From: Macrostomum lignano
Lineage: Eukaryota
NCBI GenBank assembly: GCA_002269645.1
Contig: NIVC01002995.1
Location: 24,451-88,450 of the forward strand
Direction: 5' to 3'
Length of the DNA: 64,000 nt
In this document: one piece after another, positions 51,470 through 61,700 of the stretch
Numbering within the stretch: the stretch's first letter is position 1
Layout of the letters: each line of letters begins with the position of its first letter
Program-made: the position numbers and the translations under genes
Notes under the pieces: model-generated
Database searches by the model: none
Seen by the model: only the letters and a program-made list of their open reading frames with translations
What the model was told of the DNA's origin: nothing

Positions 51470-54160
51470 ATGTCCAACTCGAACATTCGCCGGGGCAGCA
51501 GCAGCGGCGGCGGCAAGCTGGGCAGCTACAGCCGCAGGAACTCGCTGCTCCGGTCCGGCACCACCACGCCAAGATTGCCGCCGCCGCAGGGCGCCGAGCT
51601 GCCAGCCGAGGACGCGGAGAATCGGCTGCGCCGAACCCTGGAGAATATCGTCCTGCCGTCGGTGCACCCGGCTGGCGCTCCGGCGGGAAGCGGCGGCGGC
51701 GGCGGCGGCGGCGGCGGCCGGGGAGGTGCAGGCCAGTCCGGACCCATCGGGGTGGAGGGCGAGAACGTGATGGAGTCGGTGTCGCCCTGGCCCGGGGAGG
51801 TGGGCATGGTGGAGATCAAGCGGCCAGTTTACTCGCAGCACAAATTCGAGAACGTCTTCCAGGAGGACGAGGAGGAGCCGCTGCGCAAGCGGTTCATCGA
51901 CAGCGTCTTCGTGCCGAGCGGCCCGAGGCGCAACTGCTCAGACATCGCCGCCCAGCTGCTGCCCTGCATGCGGATGCTCAGAGAGTACCGGGTGCGCGAG
52001 TACCTGCCGCTGGACCTGGTCTCTGGACTCTCCACCGGCATCATGCGCATCCCACAGAGCATGGCCTACGCCCTGCTGGCCTACCTGTCGCCCGTGTACG
52101 GCCTGTACACCGCCTTCGTGGCCGGGGTCATCTACTGCATTCTGGGCACCTCGCCGCATCTGGTCATGTCCTGTCAGGGCGTCGTGTCGCTCATGGTCGG
52201 CCAGGTGGCCATGCGGTTCGTGGACCGCACCTACCCGACGGTGCCGCACAGCAACTTGAGCGTCAACGCCACGACGCCAGATGGTGGCGAGCTGTCGGCG
52301 GCATCAGCCGAGGTCATACTTGACACGGTGCTGGTGGTGTCCCTGCTGGTGGGGATTTTCCAGCTGGGTTTCAGCCTGCTCCGGCTGGGGATGCTCACCA
52401 ACTATCTGAGCGACCCGCTTATCGGCGGCTTCACCACCGGGGCCGCCATCGAGGTGATCTCCAGCCAGGTGTCGGCCGTTGTCGGCTACAAGGTGACGGT
52501 GCCGAAGGGCACCCCGCCAGAGGGCGTCTTCGAGATCTTCAAAACGTTCTACTTCGCGCTGGCGAACGTTGCCAGCTTCAACGTGCCGACGCTGATCATC
52601 TCTGGGTGCTCGATGGTGTTCCTGGTGCTGTGCAAGATGGCCAACAGCCGGCTCAACCGCTACTGCAAGGCGCCGATCCCGGGCGAGCTCATCATCACGG
52701 TGGTCGTGACGCTGATCTCCTACCTGGCCGACTTCAACGATTTCGGCGTCGACCAGGTCGGCCACGTGCCGCAGGGCTTCAAGGAGCCGCGGGTGCCGCA
52801 GCTGCAGCTGGCTGACGGCAAGCTGGTGCAGGACTCCGTCGTCATCGCCATCGTTGCTTTCGCGGTCTCCGTGTCGGTCGCCAAAAAGTTCGCCCTGGAG
52901 TACGACACCGAGATCGATGCCAACCAGGAGTTCCTGGCCTACGGCGCCGGCAATCTGGTTGGCAGCTTCACGAACTGCTTCGTGTCCACCAGCTCGATGT
53001 CCTGCTCGGCTCTGCACGAGTCCCTGGGCGGCCGCACTCAGGTGGCGAACCTGTTCGCGTCCGCGCTTGTCCTGGTGACCATCCTGTTCTTGGGACCGAC
53101 ATTCAAAACCACCCCGAACTGCGTGCTGTCAGCCATCATCCTGGTGAACCTGAAGAGCATGCTGTGGCAGTTCGGCGACCTGCCTCAACTCTGGGACGTC
53201 AGCAAAATTGACTTCCTGCTCTGGGTGGTCACCTGCGCGTCCGTCATCTGCTTCAGCGTTGACACCGGCCTGATCATCGGGGTGGCCTTCTCCCTGCTGA
53301 CCATCGTGTTCCGCTCGCAGTGGCCGTACGCCTGCATCCTGGGCCGCATCCCGCACACGGACATCTACAAGAACATCGTGGTGACGCCAGACGCCAAGGA
53401 GATCGAGGGCATCAGGATCTTCCGCTACGAGGGCTCGCTGTACTTCGCATCGGCGGATCACTTCAGGAACTCGCTGTACCTGCTCACCGGCTGCAACCCC
53501 CGCCAGCTCGCCATCAAGCAGCACGCCTACGACCAGAAGCTGCGCAACCTGCGCCTGACTGTCAAGGAGGCCATCCCGATCCTGCAGAACCCGGCGCCTG
53601 GCGCCACCACCTGGGAGGTGGAGGCGCAGGAGTCGCGCCAGACGAACTACGGCTCCGTGTCGGCCGCGCTGACCGTCGGCGACCTGCGGCCTTCGACCAG
53701 CCTTCATCACGTGATCATCGACTTCTCCTGCTGCAGCTTCGTCGACTCCGTGGGCCTCCGGATGCTCAACCAGGTGCTGGACGACTACCGCGAGGCCGGG
53801 GTGACGGTATACCTGTCTAACACGCGAGCCGCCGTCCGCCTGATGCTCGGCAAGCCGCGGGTCAGCAAGGTGGACATGAAGAAGATCTTCCTCACCAATC
53901 ACGACGCCGTCAGCGCGGCGCTGAGCGAGGCGCAGAAGATCGAGGAGAAGAACTGGCTGGACTTCGACTCGATGGCGCGGCAGCGAATGAACCTCGTCAA
54001 GCAGCACTGCGTGTCCCGGCTGCCCAGCGAGATCGACGAGGGCGAGGATTACGACGAGGATGAAGTCGAATCGACCACGGCGAGCACCTCGCAGTCGCTG
54101 CCGCCGAGGTCCCGGTACGCCAGCCAGACCTCGCAGCGAGCGCCGCTGCTCAACCATTGA
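51470..54160 (+). CDS. SLC26: SLC26/SulP anion transporter with C-terminal STAS domain (prestin/pendrin/SLC26A6-like), intronless, about 896 aa
   Basis: Uninterrupted ORF containing DLVSGLSTGIMRIPQSMAYALLA, PVYGLY, GTS.H, YLSDPLIGGFTTGAA, DANQEFLAYG, GGRTQ and STAS motifs IFRYEGSLYFA and HVIIDFSCCSFVDSVG. The first ATG is at 51470; the track's start at 51302 is GTG. A possible ATTAAA poly(A) signal lies near 54286. Confidence 0.96.
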   Translation: MSNSNIRRGSSSGGGKLGSYSRRNSLLRSGTTTPRLPPPQGAELPAEDAENRLRRTLENIVLPSVHPAGAPAGSGGGGGGGGGRGGAGQSGPIGVEGENVMESVSPWPGEVGMVEIKRPVYSQHKFENVFQEDEEEPLRKRFIDSVFVPSGPRRNCSDIAAQLLPCMRMLREYRVREYLPLDLVSGLSTGIMRIPQSMAYALLAYLSPVYGLYTAFVAGVIYCILGTSPHLVMSCQGVVSLMVGQVAMRFVDRTYPTVPHSNLSVNATTPDGGELSAASAEVILDTVLVVSLLVGIFQLGFSLLRLGMLTNYLSDPLIGGFTTGAAIEVISSQVSAVVGYKVTVPKGTPPEGVFEIFKTFYFALANVASFNVPTLIISGCSMVFLVLCKMANSRLNRYCKAPIPGELIITVVVTLISYLADFNDFGVDQVGHVPQGFKEPRVPQLQLADGKLVQDSVVIAIVAFAVSVSVAKKFALEYDTEIDANQEFLAYGAGNLVGSFTNCFVSTSSMSCSALHESLGGRTQVANLFASALVLVTILFLGPTFKTTPNCVLSAIILVNLKSMLWQFGDLPQLWDVSKIDFLLWVVTCASVICFSVDTGLIIGVAFSLLTIVFRSQWPYACILGRIPHTDIYKNIVVTPDAKEIEGIRIFRYEGSLYFASADHFRNSLYLLTGCNPRQLAIKQHAYDQKLRNLRLTVKEAIPILQNPAPGATTWEVEAQESRQTNYGSVSAALTVGDLRPSTSLHHVIIDFSCCSFVDSVGLRMLNQVLDDYREAGVTVYLSNTRAAVRLMLGKPRVSKVDMKKIFLTNHDAVSAALSEAQKIEEKNWLDFDSMARQRMNLVKQHCVSRLPSEIDEGEDYDEDEVESTTASTSQSLPPRSRYASQTSQRAPLLNH

Positions 54161-54292
54161 GGGGTGAGGCGAGTGACGGGCATTTCTGGTGGGGCCGAAC
54201 TTAAGCCAAACAGCATTGCGCTTTTTGTCTTTAGATATTTCCTGCATGTGCCTGACTTTGCAAGATGGTTGATCATCTAATGTCCATTAAAT

Positions 54293-54306
54293 AATGTCCA
54301 CTGTCC

Positions 54307-54340
<34 letters not shown>

Positions 54341-55625
54341 CACTGTCTACTGTCCACTATCCACTGTCTACTGTCTAATGCCTACTGTCTACTGTCTACT
54401 GTCTACTGTCCACTGTCTACTGTCTACTGTCCACTGTCCACTGTCTACTGTCCACTGTCCACTGTCTACTGTCTAATGTCTACTGTCTAATGACCACTGT
54501 CCACTGTCTACTATTTACTGTCCACTGTCTACTGTCTACTGTCCACTGTCCACTGTCTACTGTCTACTGTCTACTGTCCACTGTCTACTGTCTACTGTCT
54601 ACTGTCCACTGTCTACTGTCTACTGTCCACTGTCTAATGTCTACTGTCTACTGTCCACTGTCTACTGTCTACTGTCCACTGTCTAATGTCTACTGTCTAC
54701 TGTCTACTGTCTAATGTCTACTGTCCACTGTCCACTGTCTACTGTCTACTGTCCACTGTCTAATGTCTACTGTCTACTGTCTACTGTCTAATGTCTACTG
54801 TCCACTGTCCACTGTCTACTGTCTAATGTCCACTGTCTACTGTCTACTGTCTACTGTCTAATGTCTAATGTCTACTGTCTAATGTCCACTGTCCACTGTC
54901 TACTATCTACTGTCCACTGTCCACTGTCTACTGTCTACTGTCTACTATCTACTATCTACTGTCTACTATCTACTGTCTACTATCTACTATCTACTGTCCA
55001 CTGTCCACTGTCCACTGTCTAATGTCTACTGTCTAATGTCCACTGTCTACTGTCCACTGTCCACTGTCTACTGTCTAATGTCTACTGTCTAATGACCACT
55101 GTCCACTGTCTACTATTTACTGTCCACTGTCTACTGTCTACTGTCCACTGTCCACTGTCTACTGTCCACTGTCTACTATCTACTGTCCACTGTCTACTGT
55201 CCACTGTCCACTGTCCACTGTCTACTGTCTAATGTCTACTGTCTATTGTCTAATGTCCACTGTCCACTGTCTACTATCTACTGTCCACTGTCTACTGTCC
55301 ACTGTCTACTGTCCACTGTCTACTGTCTAATGTCTACTGTCTACTGTCTAATGTCCACTGTCTACTATCTACTGTCTACTGTCTAATGTCTACTGTCTAC
55401 TGTCTAATGTCCACTGTCTACTATCTACTGTCTACTGTCTAATGTCTACTGTCTACTGTCTAATGTCCACTGTCTACTATCTACTATCTACTGTCTACTG
55501 TCTACTATCTACTGTCCTTTGTCTACTTTCTACTACCTGCTATCTATAATATGCTGTCTAATATCTACTCTCTAATATTGACTATCTACTATCTACCGTC
55601 TACTGTCTACTATGTACTATCTACT
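54293..55625. repeat. 7 bp satellite (ctactgt/ccactgt/ctaatgt/ctactat)
   Basis: About 190 heptamers, starting about 130 bp after the SLC26 stop. Confidence 0.95.
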
Positions 55626-56195
55626 GTCAACTAGTCATACTGTCCAAAGTATGATTCCAACTGTTTTTACCCTAAACTTCTCTGTCCCTCAAATTGCCCT
55701 GCGCTGCCCTTATCAAACAAAGCCCGGTTTTTAACCATCCCTGTGTCAACAATTGTCACCTCTGTGCAACATTCCAAAGCACTTGATTGAGACAATATCG
55801 CGGATATTATAATAATAAGCTGCTGTGGGACACGCAAACCAGCTTTGAGGTTGCACAGAAACTCGCAAACAAACTCTGTAATCAGCTAATTGGCGCTGAA
55901 GGTTCATTACATTAATTAATTTCATTCCCTTGTCACCTGCTCATGTGTGCAATATTGCATCATTGGTCATCAACAACCCTTACTCATTCGCTTTGTAGCA
56001 AATTAACTCAATTTATGAACAAATAAACTGATACCTGATGACGCACCGTTTGCTGCACACTTGTCAGCATTCCAAACTCATTTCACTGCAGGATTCTAGG
56101 ACGCGAAACACTAATTATACTACTATTCAGTAAAACCGGATTGCTAGTAATATATGAAAGGTTTTTTATATTTTTACTTTTGTGTCAATATCAAT

Positions 56196-56607
56196 AAAGG
56201 AATAGAATGGATTGCTAATCTAGCCAACATCACTGATGAAGGAATAGAATGGATTGCTAATCTAGCCAACATCACTGATGAAGGAATAGAATGGATTGCT
56301 AATCTAGCCAGCATCACTGATGAAGGAATAGAATGGATTGCTAATCTAGCCAGCATCACTGATGAAGGAATAGAATGGATTGCTAATCTAGCCAGCATCA
56401 CTGATGAAGGAATAGAATGGATTGCTAATCTAGCCAACATCACTGATGAAGGAATAGAATGGATTGCTAATCTAGCCAGCATCACTGATGAAGGAATAGA
56501 ATGGATTGCTAATCTAGCCAGCATCACTGATGAAGGAATAGAATGGATTGGTAATCTAGCCAGCATCACTGATGAAGGAATAGAATGGATTGCTAATCTA
56601 GCCAACA
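56196..56607. repeat. 42 bp minisatellite (gaaggaatagaatggattgctaatctagccagcatcactgat)
   Basis: About 10 near-identical units. Confidence 0.95.
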
Positions 56608-57267
56608 TTGTACCACAATTTAATGAATATTTCCGAAAAATTCAAATAAACGACAAAAGGAGACGGTGCTGCATTTTTATCTAGGGGCTTTTATTTTAAA
56701 ACTTGGCTACTGACAAAAAAAGCCAAAACTCCAGTCAAGGCAAAACACAATTCTGAATTCACTGCAAATTTTAGCCTCAAGCTTTCCAAGAAATCCAAAA
56801 CTAACAAAGGCAAAAGTTTTAAGCTTTGACTTCGGCGGCGGCGGGGGGGAGGGTCAAATTTAAATAAAATAACAGCAGTAAAACAAAACTGATTTCTGGG
56901 TTGCATTGGGTTGGCAGGTAACATAGCAATGCAATGCCAGTACGGCCGACTTATGCTAAATATACTACTGCTGCTAGTATAGCAAGGGTTTTCACTGTTC
57001 GGTTGGGTTAGAATGGCTGACACCTCAAAGTAAAGGATAAATAGGAAAATGAATAACATGGCAAAAAGCAAATCATATTCGAATTTTACAAACTTGATTT
57101 GGAGACATGCAATGACGAGAACTGCGCACCTGGTAGGCAAGGAAAGTACAAAACCAGCCACTTTTTATTTTATTTTATTTTATTTATTTTCTAGGTCAAG
57201 CTTTTCAAAAATATGGCACTAATCATTCTGCAGAAACAAATATAACACTGCACTTGGTCTTCACCCT

Positions 57268-58388
57268 CCTTCTCCCCTCCTCTCTCTCCTCTCTCCTTCT
57301 CTCCCTCGTCTCTCCTTCTCTCCCCCTCTCTCCTTCTCTCCCTCGTCTCTCCTTCTCTCCCCCTCTCTCCTTCTCTCCCTCCTCTCTCCTTCTCTCCCTC
57401 GTCTCTCCTTCTCTCCCTCCTCTCTCCTTCTCTCCCCCTCTCTCCTTCTCTCCCTCGTCTCTCCTTCTCTCCCCCCTCTCTCCTTCTCTCCCTCGTCTCT
57501 CCTTCTCTCCCTCGTCTCTCCTTCTCTCCCTCGTCTCTCCTTCTCTCCCTCCTCTCTCCTTCTCTCCTTCCTCTCTCCTTCTCTCCCTCCTCTCTCCTTC
57601 TCTCCCTCCTCTCTCCTTCTCTCCTTCCTCTCTCCTTCTCTCCTTCCTCTCTCCTTCTCTCCCCCCTCTCTCCTTCTCTCCCTCCTCTCTCCTTCTCTCC
57701 CTCCTCTCTCCTTCTCTCCCTCGTCTCTCCTTCTCTCCCCCCTCTCTCCTTCTCTCCCTCCTCTCTCCTTCTCTCCCTCGTCTCTCCTTCTCTCCCCCCT
57801 CTCTCCTTCTCTCCCTCCTCTCTCCTTCTCTCCCTCCTCTCTCCTTCTCTCCCTCGTCTCTCCTTCTCTCCCTCGTCTCTCCTTCTCTCCCTCGTCTCTC
57901 CTTCTCTCCCCCCTCTCTCCTTCTCTCCCTCCTCTCTCCTTCTCTCCCTCGTCTCTCCTTCTCTCCCCCCTCTCTCCTTCTCTCCCCCTCTCTCCTTCTC
58001 TCCCTCGTCTCTCCTTCTCTCCCCCTCTCTCCTTCTCTCCCTCCTCTCTCCTTCTCTCCCTCGTCTCTCCTTCTCTCCCTCCTCTCTCCTTCTCTCCCCC
58101 TCTCTCCTTCTCTCCCTCGTCTCTCCTTCTCTCCCCCCTCTCTCCTTCTCTCCCTCCTCTCTCCTTCTCTCCCTCGTCTCTCCTTCTCTCCCTCGTCTCT
58201 CCTTCTCTCCCTCCTCTCTCCTTCTCTCCTTCCTCTCTCCTTCTCTCCCTCCTCTCTCCTTCTCTCCCTCCTCTCTCCTTCTCTCCCTCCTCTCTCCTTC
58301 TCTCTCTCCTCTCTCCTTCTCTCCCTCCTCTCTCCTTCTCTCCTTCCTCTCTCCTTCTCTCCCTCCTCTCCTTCTCTCATCCTCTCCC
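57268..58388. repeat. 1.1 kb polypyrimidine/polypurine minisatellite (ctctccttctctccctcgt-like)
   Basis: Almost exclusively C/T on the plus strand. Confidence 0.95.
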
Positions 58389-58712
58389 TTTATTTTTGAT
58401 ATGCCTGCTTTCACTCTCTACACGAAATATCTTCTTAGAAAAAGAATAGCAATCGCAGGAACGATATTTTAGTAATCAACTGGCCGACAGCAACCTTTTC
58501 AAAAGAAAGTGAATCTTAATAAGCAAAAATATGGATAGCCCGCTTTGCGTCACGCAAGAGAAAGCAGCACAAAACTTTTAATCAGGGTTGTCAGAAAGCC
58601 ACTATACCACCAACAAACCACCAAGACTATCTGCATAAAAATCTCATAAAATACTAAAAATAGTCTGGCCAGAAAGCTGTTTCCGTGGCAACCAGAAAGC
58701 CTTTCGTCCCGA

Positions 58713-61700
58713 TTAAGGCTCAATTTCCAGCTGCACCTGAGTGATTCTGCTCCTGCAAGGTTTTGTTTGTTAAAGAGATATTAGACTAATCTATTCAGAC
58801 AGTCTCAGAACACCTGACACCAGCGCGTCATCAAGACTCACTGTCCGAAGTTCTCCCCGTCCTCGATGGTCTCCGGCAGCGGCTGGCGCAGAGTTTCTGG
58901 CAGCAGCAGAGCGAGAAGTCCGGCGCTGACGGCCAGGGCGCCGATCAGCACAAACGGCAGCGGCTGCCAGAAAGCATTCTGCAGCGATAGAGGCCGGTTT
59001 TGCTTTGATTCCTACTGCCAGAAGGCAAACTAGCGATTTTTACTTATATTTCTACTTTTAGTAGGCAAAATAGCGATTTTAACTGATATTTCTACTGCCA
59101 GTAGACAAAAAGCGATTTTCACTTATATTTATATTGCCCGTAAGCAAAATAGCGATTTTAACTGATATTTCTACTTTCAGTAGGCAATTTCGCAGCTCAC
59201 CAGCAGCACAATCTGCGGAGCCAGCAGGCCGCCAATCCTGGCGCAGGTGGAGGCCATACCGACACCAGCGTTGCGGATAACAGTGGGGAACACCTCCGCC
59301 GAGTACACGTAGATGATGGCGAAGGCTGCCGAGACGGCGAACTTGCCAAGGCTGGCCAAAGTGATCTTCAGCCAAAAAATGTCTGCGGTGAAGTTGAAGT
59401 GCGGTGAAATCTTCCCGAATCTTTCAGACCCTTGCCGAATCCCTCAGACCCCTGCCGAATCCCTCAGACCCCTGCCGAATCCCTCAGACCCCTGCCGAAT
59501 CCCTCAGACCCCTGCCGAATCCCTCAGACCCCTGCCGAATCCCTCAGACCCCTGCCGAATCCCTCAGACCCCTGCCGAATCCCTCAGACCCCTGCCGAAT
59601 CCCTCAGACCCCTGCCGAATCCCTCAGACCCCTGCCGAATCCCTCAGACCCCTGCCGAATCCCTCAGACCCCTGCCGAATCCCTCAGACCCCTGCCGAAT
59701 CCCTCAGACCCCTGCCGAATCCCTCAGACCCTTGCCGAATCCCTCAGACCCCTGCCGAATCCCTCAGACCCCTGCCGAATCCCTCAGACCCCTGCCGAAT
59801 CCCTCAGACCCCTGCCGAATCCACTCGTCAGCAGCTCACCGACAAAGGCGGCAGCGATGCAGCCCACGCCGCCAGTCACCATGCTGGCCACGTGAATGCG
59901 CACCCGGCCGAACCGGTTCAGAGTGACGCAGCACATCGCGTAGGCGGGAAACTCCACCAGCCCGGAGATGATGGTGTTGACGTATACGCTGCCGCCGAGG
60001 TCCTCCGCGTTCAGCGACAGGCCGTAGTAGCACAGGCTGACCACGAACCTGAGATTGATTCAGGGAGGGTGAGACTGATGCAGGGAGGGTGAGACTGATG
60101 CAGGGAGGGTGAGACTGATGCAGGGAGGGTGAGACTGATGCAGGGAGGGTGAGACTGATGCAGGGAGGGTGAGACTGATGCAGGAAGGGTGAGACTGATG
60201 CAGGGAGGGTGAGACTGATGCAGGGAGGGTGAGACTGATGCAGGGAGGGTGAGACTCTCACCAGCTAAAAAAGACGTTCAGAGTTCGCTTCCGCATGTTG
60301 GGCGTCCTCAGCAGGTCAAGGATGGTGCCTCTCTGCTTCTTCTCCTGCGGCTTGTGGACCTCCTTGGCCTTCACTTTTTTGTCCGGTATGTCCTAAATTG
60401 TCAATTCAAAATAAAAAATCCTTGCGAAAACCATATGATACTACTCAAACACTTGATTAGCTAGCTGCCAAGGAGCGCACCATCTCAAACGGCTCCTCTG
60501 TGATGGAGAAGTTTTCTGGCAGCTCTCTGCCGTTGAGTTTGGCCAGCCTCTTGCAGATTTCGCTGGCCTCCTCGTAGCGACCCTGCGACAGCAGCCAGCG
60601 GGGCGACTCGGGGTAGAACCTTGGAGGCGGGCGGGTGGCTGAGTGAGTGCCTGAGTGGCTGGGTGGCTGAGTGAGTGCCTGAGTGGCTGGGTGGCTGAAT
60701 GAGTGCCTGGGTGGCTGAGTGAGTGCCTGAGTGGCTGGGTGGTTGAATGAGTGCCTGGTGGCTGAGTGAGTGCCTGAGTTACTGAGTCACCGAGTTAGCT
60801 GGCTGAGTTGCTGAGTGAGCTGGCTGAGTTGCTGGGTGATGTGGCTGAGTTGCTGAGTGAGCTGGCTAAGTAAGTGAGTGAGTGAGGTGGCTGAGTTGCT
60901 GAGTGAGCTGGCTAAGTAAGTGACTGAGTGAGGTGGCTGAGTTGCTGAGTGAGCTGGCTAAGTAAGTGACTGAGTGATGTGGCTGAGTTGCTGAGTGAGC
61001 TGGCTAAGTAAGTGAGTGAGTGAGGTGGCTGAGTTGCTGAGTGAGCTGGCTAAGTAAGTGACTGAGTGAGGGAGTAGCTAATTTTGAGGGAGTAGCTAAT
61101 TAAGTAGCTAATAGTTGATGGCAAACTAAACACTTAGATAAGAGTCTGGGCAGTTCGTTACGCTGCTCAGAGCAAACTGTATTGCTTCTGACATTTCTAA
61201 CCTCAGCGCATTCCTCGGCGCCGGTTTTTGCGATTTTTCTACTCACCAGTAGTATAGCACGAAAATAAGCGGCTGCAGAGCCACGACAATTTGCAGGGTC
61301 ACGTGATTTCTAATGAAGTAGGCCAGACAGGCAATTAGAATGAAGCCGGCAGCGAAGAAGCCCTGAACAAAGATACCGGGCTGCATGCGGTACTTGGGCC
61401 CGATAATTTCCATGGCTGCGGGAAGGTTTTTCATTATTAAATGAACCTATGCTTCGAATACAAATTTGCCACAAAAAATCTAACTGCGCTTATCACTTAA
61501 ACTTTTCTCTCAAGAAGTGGTAATGCGGGAAAATTTAATATTATTATCAGATAAAAAGAAATAGGAAACGAAGCAAAACCCCCAAAAATATAGATATATT
61601 TAGGAACCTCTTTCTATTTAACTCGCATTAGCAGAAAATCTTCATTCAATTATTTTTTAGCAACGATTTTCGCAAGATCCTCCTTAGCTAGACTGTAATG

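Noticed and set aside
51470-54160. Bacterial (horizontally acquired) SulP because it is intronless and GC-rich
   Set aside because: It has metazoan SLC26 features: a long N-terminus with the RPVYS motif, an STAS intervening sequence and a poly-Gly tract like those of neighbouring genes.
56691-57161. 156-aa hydrophobic minus-strand ORF as a membrane protein or extra SLC22 exon
   Set aside because: AT-rich, non-ATG start, no motif, and the SLC22 model is already full length.
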